This document shows positions 54,701 to 64,000 of a stretch of DNA of 64,000 nucleotides, in pieces. The notes below the pieces were generated by a model that saw only the letters and a list, made by a program, of their open reading frames with translations, was not told where the DNA came from and ran no database searches. The stretch is from the human T2T-CHM13v2.0 reference genome, Homo sapiens: NCBI RefSeq assembly GCF_009914755.1, contig NC_060937.1. One strand, given 5' to 3'. Every line of letters begins with the position of its first letter. Position 1 is the first letter of the stretch. A program made the translations under genes and the position numbers.

Positions 54701-56640
54701 TGTGACTTGAATGCAGATATCACAAAGTAGTTTCTGAGAGGGCTTCTGTGTAGATTTTAGATGATGATATTCCCGTTTCCAACGAAATCATTAGAGCTAT
54801 CCAAATATCCACTTACAGTTTCTACAAAAAGAGTGTTTCCAAACTGCTGCATCAAAAGAGAGGTTCCACTCTGTTAGCTGAGTACACACATCACAAACTT
54901 GTTTCTCAGAATCCTTCTGTCTCGTTTTTCTGGGAAGATATTTACTTTTTCACCGTAGGCATCAAAGCGCTCCAAATGTCCACATCCAGATACTCCAGAA
55001 AGAGTGTTTCAAACCTGCTCTATGAAAGGGAATCTTCAACTCTATGAGTTGAATGCAGACATCAGAAAGAAATTTCTGAGAATGCTGCTGTCTACCTTTT
55101 ATTTGAATTCCCGCTTCCAACGAAATCCTCCAAGCTATCCAAATATCCACTTGCAGATTCCACAAAAAGAGTGTTTCAAAACTGCTCTCTATCAATGGCA
55201 AAGTTCAACTCTGTTAGTTGAGGACACATATCACCAACAAGTTTCTGAGAATGCTTCTGTCTATTTTTTATGGGAAGATATTTCCTTTTTCACCGTAGGC
55301 GTCAAGGCGATCGAAATGTCCACTTCCACAAACTACAAAAAGAGTGTTTCAAACCTGCTCTATGAAAGGCCATGTTCATCTCTATGAGTCGAATGGAAAT
55401 ATCCGAAAGAAATTTCTGGGAATGCTGCTGTCTAGTTTTTATACGAATTCCCGCTTCCAACGAAATCCTCAAAGCAATCCAAATATCCACTTGCAGAATC
55501 CACAAAAAGAGTGTTTCAAAACTGCTCTATCAATAGAAAGGTTCAACTCTTTTAGTTGAGTACACACATCACAAACAAGTTTCTGAGAATGCTTCTGTCT
55601 GGCTTTTATTGGAAGACGTTTCCTTTTCACCAAAGGCATCAAAGCGCTCCAAATGTCCACTTCCAGATTCTTCCAAAAGAGTGTTTGAAACGTGCTCAAA
55701 GTAAGGGAATGTTCAACTCTGTGACTTGAATGCAGATATCACCAAGTAGTTTCTAATAGTGCTTCTGTCTAGATTTTAGATGATGATATTCCCGTTTCCA
55801 ACGAAATCGTTAGAGCTATCCAAATATCCACTTACAGTTTCTACAAAAAGAGTGTTTCCAAACTGCTGCATCAAAAGAAAGGTTCAACTCTGTTAGTTGA
55901 GGACACACATCACAAAGAAGTTTGTGAGAATGCTTCTGTCTAGATTTTGTATGACCATATTCCCTTTTCCAGCGATATCATTAAAGCAATCTAAATATCC
56001 ATTTGCAGAATCCACAAAAATAGAGTTTCAAAGCTGCTCTGTAAAAAGAAAGGTTCCACTCTGTTAGCTGAGTACACACATCACAAACTTGTTTCTCAGA
56101 ATCCTTCTGTCTCGTTTTTATGGGAAGATATTTACTTTTTCACCGTAGGCATCAAAGCGCTCCAAATGTCCACATCCAGATACTCCAGAAAGAGTGTTTC
56201 AAACCTGCTCTATGAAAGGGAATCTTCAACTCTATGAGTTGAATGCAGACATCAGAAAGAAATTTCTGAGAATGCTGCTGTCTACCTTTTATTTGAATTC
56301 CCGCTTCCAACGAAATCCTCCAAGCTATCCAAATATCCACCTGCATTTTCCACAAAAAGAGCGTTTCAAAACTGCTCTATCAATAGAAATGTTCAACTCC
56401 TTTGGCTGGGTACACACATCACAAACAAGTTTCTGAGAATGCTTCTGTCTAGTTTTTATGGGAAGACATTCCCTTTTTCACCAAAGGCATCAAAGCGCTC
56501 CAAATGTCCACTTCCAGACACTACAAAAAGAGTGTTTCCAACGTGCTCTAAGAAAGCGAATGTTCAACTCTGTGACTTGAATGCAGATATCACAAAGTAG
56601 TTTCTGAGAGGGCTTCTGTCTAGATTTTAGATGATGATAT

Positions 56641-56657
56641 TCCCTTTTCCAACGAAA
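56641..56657 (-). other. Mutated CENP-B box 4 (G>T at 56645)
   Basis: Same change as at 31315, offset by 25,330 bp. Confidence 0.9.
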
Positions 56658-59600
56658 TCATTAGAGCTATCCAAATATCCACTTACAGTTTCTACAAAAA
56701 GAGTGTTTCCAAACTGCTGCATCAAAAGAGAGGTTCCACTCTGTTAGCTGAGTACACACATCACAAACTTGTTTCTCAGAATCCTTCTGTCTCGTTTTTC
56801 TGGGAAGATATTTACTTTTTCACCGTAGGCATCAAAGCGCTCCAAATGTCCACATCCAGAAACTCCAGAAAGAGTGTTTCAAACCTGCTCTATGAAAGGG
56901 AATCTTCAACTCTATGAGTTGAATGCAGACATCAGAAAGAAATTTCTGAGAATGCTGCTGTCTACCTTTTATTTGAATTCCCGCTTCCAACGAAATCCTC
57001 CAAGCTATCCAAATATCCACTTGCAGATTCCACAAAAAGAGTGTTTCAAAACTGCTCTCTATCAATGGCAAAGTTCAACTCTGTTAGTTGAGGACACATA
57101 TCACCAACAAGTTTCTGAGAATGCTTCTGTCTATTTTTTATGGGAAGATATTTCCTTTTTCACCGTAGGCGTCAAGGCGATCGAAATGTCCACTTCCACA
57201 AACTACAAAAAGAGTGTTTCAAACCTGCTCTATGAAAGGCCATGTTCATCTCTATGAGTCGAATGGAAATATCCGAAAGAAATTTCTGGGAATGCTGCTG
57301 TCTAGTTTTTATACGAATTCCCGCTTCCAACGAAATCCTCAAAGCAATCCAAATATCCACTTGCAGAATCCACAAAAAGAGTGTTTCAAAACTGCTCTAT
57401 CAATAGAAAGGTTCAACTCTTTTAGTTGAGTACACACATCACAAACAAGTTTCTGAGAATGCTTCTGTCTGGCTTTTATTGGAAGACGTTTCCTTTTCAC
57501 CAAAGGCATCAAAGCGCTCCAAATGTCCACTTCCAGATTCTTCCAAAAGAGTGTTTGAAACGTGCTCAAAGTAAGGGAATGTTCAACTCTGTGACTTGAA
57601 TGCAGATATCACCAAGTAGTTTCTAATAGTGCTTCTGTCTAGATTTTAGATGATGATATTCCCGTTTCCAACGAAATCGTTAGAGCTATCCAAATATCCA
57701 CTTACAGTTTCTACAAAAAGAGTGTTTCCAAACTGCTGCATCAAAAGAAAGGTTCAACTCTGTTAGTTGAGGACACACATCACAAAGAAGTTTGTGAGAA
57801 TGCTTCTGTCTAGATTTTGTATGACCATATTCCCTTTTCCAGCGATATCATTAAAGCAATCTAAATATCCATTTGCAGAATCCACAAAAATAGAGTTTCA
57901 AAGCTGCTCTGTAAAAAGAAAGGTTCCACTCTGTTAGCTGAGTACACACATCACAAACTTGTTTCTCAGAATCCTTCTGTCTCGTTTTTATGGGAAGATA
58001 TTTACTTTTTCACCGTAGGCATCAAAGCGCTCCAAATGTCCACATCCAGATACTCCAGAAAGAGTGTTTCAAACCTGCTCTATGAAAGGGAATCTTCAAC
58101 TCTATGAGTTGAATGCAGACATCAGAAAGAAATTTCTGAGAATGCTGCTGTCTACCTTTTATTTGAATTCCCGCTTCCAACGAAATCCTCCAAGCTATCC
58201 AAATATCCACCTGCATTTTCCACAAAAAGAGCGTTTCAAAACTGCTCTATCAATAGAAATGTTCAACTCCTTTGGCTGGGTACACACATCACAAACAAGT
58301 TTCTGAGAATGCTTCTGTCTAGTTTTTATGGGAAGACATTCCCTTTTTCACCAAAGGCATCAAAGCGCTCCAAATGTCCACTTCCAGACACTACAAAAAG
58401 AGTGTTTCCAACGTGCTCTAAGAAAGCGAATGTTCAACTCTGTGACTTGAATGCAGATATCACAAAGTAGTTTCTGAGAGGGCTTCTGTGTAGATTTTAG
58501 ATGATGATATTCCCGTTTCCAACGAAATCATTAGAGCTATCCAAATATCCACTTACAGTTTCTACAAAAAGAGTGTTTCCAAACTGCTGCATCAAAAGAG
58601 AGGTTCCACTCTGTTAGCTGAGTACACACATCACAAACTTGTTTCTCAGAATCCTTCTGTCTCGTTTTTCTGGGAAGATATTTACTTTTTCACCGTAGGC
58701 ATCAAAGCGCTCCAAATGTCCACATCCAGATACTCCAGAAAGAGTGTTTCAAACCTGCTCTATGAAAGGGAATCTTCAACTCTATGAGTTGAATGCAGAC
58801 ATCAGAAAGAAATTTCTGAGAATGCTGCTGTCTACCTTTTATTTGAATTCCCGCTTCCAACGAAATCCTCCAAGCTATCCAAATATCCACTTGCAGATTC
58901 CACAAAAAGAGTGTTTCAAAACTGCTCTCTATCAATGGCAAAGTTCAACTCTGTTAGTTGAGGACACATATCACCAACAAGTTTCTGAGAATGCTTCTGT
59001 CTATTTTTTATGGGAAGATATTTCCTTTTTCACCGTAGGCGTCAAGGCGATCGAAATGTCCACTTCCACAAACTACAAAAAGAGTGTTTCAAACCTGCTC
59101 TATGAAAGGCCATGTTCATCTCTATGAGTCGAATGGAAATATCCGAAAGAAATTTCTGGGAATGCTGCTGTCTAGTTTTTATACGAATTCCCGCTTCCAA
59201 CGAAATCCTCAAAGCAATCCAAATATCCACTTGCAGAATCCACAAAAAGAGTGTTTCAAAACTGCTCTATCAATAGAAAGGTTCAACTCTTTTAGTTGAG
59301 TACACACATCACAAACAAGTTTCTGAGAATGCTTCTGTCTGGCTTTTATTGGAAGACGTTTCCTTTTCACCAAAGGCATCAAAGCGCTCCAAATGTCCAC
59401 TTCCAGATTCTTCCAAAAGAGTGTTTGAAACGTGCTCAAAGTAAGGGAATGTTCAACTCTGTGACTTGAATGCAGATATCACCAAGTAGTTTCTAATAGT
59501 GCTTCTGTCTAGATTTTAGATGATGATATTCCCGTTTCCAACGAAATCGTTAGAGCTATCCAAATATCCACTTACAGTTTCTACAAAAAGAGTGTTTCCA

Positions 59601-62600
59601 AACTGCTGCATCAAAAGAAAGGTTCAACTCTGTTAGTTGAGGACACACATCACAAAGAAGTTTGTGAGAATGCTTCTGTCTAGATTTTGTATGACCATAT
59701 TCCCTTTTCCAGCGATATCATTAAAGCAATCTAAATATCCATTTGCAGAATCCACAAAAATAGAGTTTCAAAGCTGCTCTGTAAAAAGAAAGGTTCCACT
59801 CTGTTAGCTGAGTACACACATCACAAACTTGTTTCTCAGAATCCTTCTGTCTCGTTTTTATGGGAAGATATTTACTTTTTCACCGTAGGCATCAAAGCGC
59901 TCCAAATGTCCACATCCAGATACTCCAGAAAGAGTGTTTCAAACCTGCTCTATGAAAGGGAATCTTCAACTCTATGAGTTGAATGCAGACATCAGAAAGA
60001 AATTTCTGAGAATGCTGCTGTCTACCTTTTATTTGAATTCCCGCTTCCAACGAAATCCTCCAAGCTATCCAAATATCCACCTGCATTTTCCACAAAAAGA
60101 GCGTTTCAAAACTGCTCTATCAATAGAAATGTTCAACTCCTTTGGCTGGGTACACACATCACAAACAAGTTTCTGAGAATGCTTCTGTCTAGTTTTTATG
60201 GGAAGACATTCCCTTTTTCACCAAAGGCATCAAAGCGCTCCAAATGTCCACTTCCAGACACTACAAAAAGAGTGTTTCCAACGTGCTCTAAGAAAGCGAA
60301 TGTTCAACTCTGTGACTTGAATGCAGATATCACAAAGTAGTTTCTGAGAGGGCTTCTGTGTAGATTTTAGATGATGATATTCCCGTTTCCAACGAAATCA
60401 TTAGAGCTATCCAAATATCCACTTACAGTTTCTACAAAAAGAGTGTTTCCAAACTGCTGCATCAAAAGAGAGGTTCCACTCTGTTAGCTGAGTACACACA
60501 TCACAAACTTGTTTCTCAGAATCCTTCTGTCTCGTTTTTCTGGGAAGATATTTACTTTTTCACCGTAGGCATCAAAGCGCTCCAAATGTCCACATCCAGA
60601 TACTCCAGAAAGAGTGTTTCAAACCTGCTCTATGAAAGGGAATCTTCAACTCTATGAGTTGAATGCAGACATCAGAAAGAAATTTCTGAGAATGCTGCTG
60701 TCTACCTTTTATTTGAATTCCCGCTTCCAACGAAATCCTCCAAGCTATCCAAATATCCACTTGCAGATTCCACAAAAAGAGTGTTTCAAAACTGCTCTCT
60801 ATCAATGGCAAAGTTCAACTCTGTTAGTTGAGGACACATATCACCAACAAGTTTCTGAGAATGCTTCTGTCTATTTTTTATGGGAAGATATTTCCTTTTT
60901 CACCGTAGGCGTCAAGGCGATCGAAATGTCCACTTCCACAAACTACAAAAAGAGTGTTTCAAACCTGCTCTATGAAAGGCCATGTTCATCTCTATGAGTC
61001 GAATGGAAATATCCGAAAGAAATTTCTGGGAATGCTGCTGTCTAGTTTTTATACGAATTCCCGCTTCCAACGAAATCCTCAAAGCAATCCAAATATCCAC
61101 TTGCAGAATCCACAAAAAGAGTGTTTCAAAACTGCTCTATCAATAGAAAGGTTCAACTCTTTTAGTTGAGTACACACATCACAAACAAGTTTCTGAGAAT
61201 GCTTCTGTCTGGCTTTTATTGGAAGACGTTTCCTTTTCACCAAAGGCATCAAAGCGCTCCAAATGTCCACTTCCAGATTCTTCCAAAAGAGTGTTTGAAA
61301 CGTGCTCAAAGTAAGGGAATGTTCAACTCTGTGACTTGAATGCAGATATCACCAAGTAGTTTCTAATAGTGCTTCTGTCTAGATTTTAGATGATGATATT
61401 CCCGTTTCCAACGAAATCGTTAGAGCTATCCAAATATCCACTTACAGTTTCTACAAAAAGAGTGTTTCCAAACTGCTGCATCAAAAGAAAGGTTCAACTC
61501 TGTTAGTTGAGGACACACATCACAAAGAAGTTTGTGAGAATGCTTCTGTCTAGATTTTGTATGACCATATTCCCTTTTCCAGCGATATCATTAAAGCAAT
61601 CTAAATATCCATTTGCAGAATCCACAAAAATAGAGTTTCAAAGCTGCTCTGTAAAAAGAAAGGTTCCACTCTGTTAGCTGAGTACACACATCACAAACTT
61701 GTTTCTCAGAATCCTTCTGTCTCGTTTTTATGGGAAGATATTTACTTTTTCACCGTAGGCATCAAAGCGCTCCAAATGTCCACATCCAGATACTCCAGAA
61801 AGAGTGTTTCAAACCTGCTCTATGAAAGGGAATCTTCAACTCTATGAGTTGAATGCAGACATCAGAAAGAAATTTCTGAGAATGCTGCTGTCTACCTTTT
61901 ATTTGAATTCCCGCTTCCAACGAAATCCTCCAAGCTATCCAAATATCCACCTGCATTTTCCACAAAAAGAGCGTTTCAAAACTGCTCTATCAATAGAAAT
62001 GTTCAACTCCTTTGGCTGGGTACACACATCACAAACAAGTTTCTGAGAATGCTTCTGTCTAGTTTTTATGGGAAGACATTCCCTTTTTCACCAAAGGCAT
62101 CAAAGCGCTCCAAATGTCCACTTCCAGACACTACAAAAAGAGTGTTTCCAACGTGCTCTAAGAAAGCGAATGTTCAACTCTGTGACTTGAATGCAGATAT
62201 CACAAAGTAGTTTCTGAGAGGGCTTCTGTGTAGATTTTAGATGATGATATTCCCGTTTCCAACGAAATCATTAGAGCTATCCAAATATCCACTTACAGTT
62301 TCTACAAAAAGAGTGTTTCCAAACTGCTGCATCAAAAGAGAGGTTCCACTCTGTTAGCTGAGTACACACATCACAAACTTGTTTCTCAGAATCCTTCTGT
62401 CTCGTTTTTCTGGGAAGATATTTACTTTTTCACCGTAGGCATCAAAGCGCTCCAAATGTCCACATCCAGATACTCCAGAAAGAGTGTTTCAAACCTGCTC
62501 TATGAAAGGGAATCTTCAACTCTATGAGTTGAATGCAGACATCAGAAAGAAATTTCTGAGAATGCTGCTGTCTACCTTTTATTTGAATTCCCGCTTCCAA

Positions 62601-64000
62601 CGAAATCCTCCAAGCTATCCAAATATCCACTTGCAGATTCCACAAAAAGAGTGTTTCAAAACTGCTCTCTATCAATGGCAAAGTTCAACTCTGTTAGTTG
62701 AGGACACATATCACCAACAAGTTTCTGAGAATGCTTCTGTCTATTTTTTATGGGAAGATATTTCCTTTTTCACCGTAGGCGTCAAGGCGATCGAAATGTC
62801 CACTTCCACAAACTACAAAAAGAGTGTTTCAAACCTGCTCTATGAAAGGCCATGTTCATCTCTATGAGTCGAATGGAAATATCCGAAAGAAATTTCTGGG
62901 AATGCTGCTGTCTAGTTTTTATACGAATTCCCGCTTCCAACGAAATCCTCAAAGCAATCCAAATATCCACTTGCAGAATCCACAAAAAGAGTGTTTCAAA
63001 ACTGCTCTATCAATAGAAAGGTTCAACTCTTTTAGTTGAGTACACACATCACAAACAAGTTTCTGAGAATGCTTCTGTCTGGCTTTTATTGGAAGACGTT
63101 TCCTTTTCACCAAAGGCATCAAAGCGCTCCAAATGTCCACTTCCAGATTCTTCCAAAAGAGTGTTTGAAACGTGCTCAAAGTAAGGGAATGTTCAACTCT
63201 GTGACTTGAATGCAGATATCACCAAGTAGTTTCTAATAGTGCTTCTGTCTAGATTTTAGATGATGATATTCCCGTTTCCAACGAAATCGTTAGAGCTATC
63301 CAAATATCCACTTACAGTTTCTACAAAAAGAGTGTTTCCAAACTGCTGCATCAAAAGAAAGGTTCAACTCTGTTAGTTGAGGACACACATCACAAAGAAG
63401 TTTGTGAGAATGCTTCTGTCTAGATTTTGTATGACCATATTCCCTTTTCCAGCGATATCATTAAAGCAATCTAAATATCCATTTGCAGAATCCACAAAAA
63501 TAGAGTTTCAAAGCTGCTCTGTAAAAAGAAAGGTTCCACTCTGTTAGCTGAGTACACACATCACAAACTTGTTTCTCAGAATCCTTCTGTCTCGTTTTTA
63601 TGGGAAGATATTTACTTTTTCACCGTAGGCATCAAAGCGCTCCAAATGTCCACATCCAGATACTCCAGAAAGAGTGTTTCAAACCTGCTCTATGAAAGGG
63701 AATCTTCAACTCTATGAGTTGAATGCAGACATCAGAAAGAAATTTCTGAGAATGCTGCTGTCTACCTTTTATTTGAATTCCCGCTTCCAACGAAATCCTC
63801 CAAGCTATCCAAATATCCACCTGCATTTTCCACAAAAAGAGCGTTTCAAAACTGCTCTATCAATAGAAATGTTCAACTCCTTTGGCTGGGTACACACATC
63901 ACAAACAAGTTTCTGAGAATGCTTCTGTCTAGTTTTTATGGGAAGACATTCCCTTTTTCACCAAAGGCATCAAAGCGCTCCAAATGTCCACTTCCAGACA

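Larger units (their letters stand above)
1..64000 (-). repeat. Centromeric alpha-satellite HOR array, SF2, chr13/21 type (D13Z1/D21Z1, S2C13/21H1L-like): 11-mer HOR with 7-mer variants
   Basis: ~171-bp monomers carry alphoid hallmarks (CACACATCACAAA.AAGTTTCTGAGAATGCTTCTGTCTAG, the reverse complement of the alphoid consensus). Identical ORF sets recur at 1870/1868/1190-bp spacing. EcoRI fragments are 850+680+340 bp, and CENP-B and pJ-alpha boxes alternate. Alpha satellite is certain; the chromosome assignment comes from recalled family features, not an alignment. Confidence 0.97.

Noticed and set aside
63-63916. About 200 short ORFs (64-127 aa) on both strands, including the recurring 127-aa MFQTCSMKGN... 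frame
   Set aside because: These are chance open frames in alpha satellite. They recur with the HOR period, overlap on opposite strands, often begin at GTG/TTG and resemble no real protein family I recognise. They were useful only as positional markers.
1-64000. CRISPR-like or other repeat-spacer system, suggested by regularly spaced conserved 17-bp motifs
   Set aside because: The intervening sequences are homologous alphoid monomers rather than unique spacers. The motifs are CENP-B and pJ-alpha boxes, and there are no cas genes.
1-64000. Hidden insertion (L1, Alu, viral or foreign DNA) or inversion
   Set aside because: Every anchor-to-anchor interval is exactly 1870, 1868 or 1190 bp with constant orientation, which leaves no room for extra sequence.

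Overview
The whole 64 kb is a single uninterrupted, head-to-tail human-type alpha-satellite higher-order-repeat (HOR) array of ~171-bp monomers. CENP-B boxes and the conventional alphoid consensus read on the minus strand. The basic unit is an 11-monomer HOR of 1870 bp, with a 1868-bp sub-type, interspersed with a 7-monomer 1190-bp deletion variant. EcoRI sites at 39, 889, 1569 and 1909 give 850/680/340-bp fragments. This matches the SF2 chromosome 13/21 active-centromere HOR (alphaRI-680, D13Z1/D21Z1), and the abundant 7-mers favour chr13. Using the recurring ORF anchor (63, 1933, 3801, ...), I count 38 complete units (19 x 1870, 7 x 1868, 12 x 1190) plus a partial last unit. I see no genes, RNA genes, transposon insertions, inversions or CRISPR arrays, and every listed ORF is a satellite artefact. 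I found no new gene system. The noteworthy signal is the array's recombination record: nested super-periods (3738, 6116 and 7990 bp, plus a 25,330-bp offset copy), at least two independent 7-mer junctions, chimeric HORs, a haplotype domain boundary near 26.4 kb, and a duplicated CENP-B-box-killing SNV. SNV calls were made by eye, so some may have been missed.
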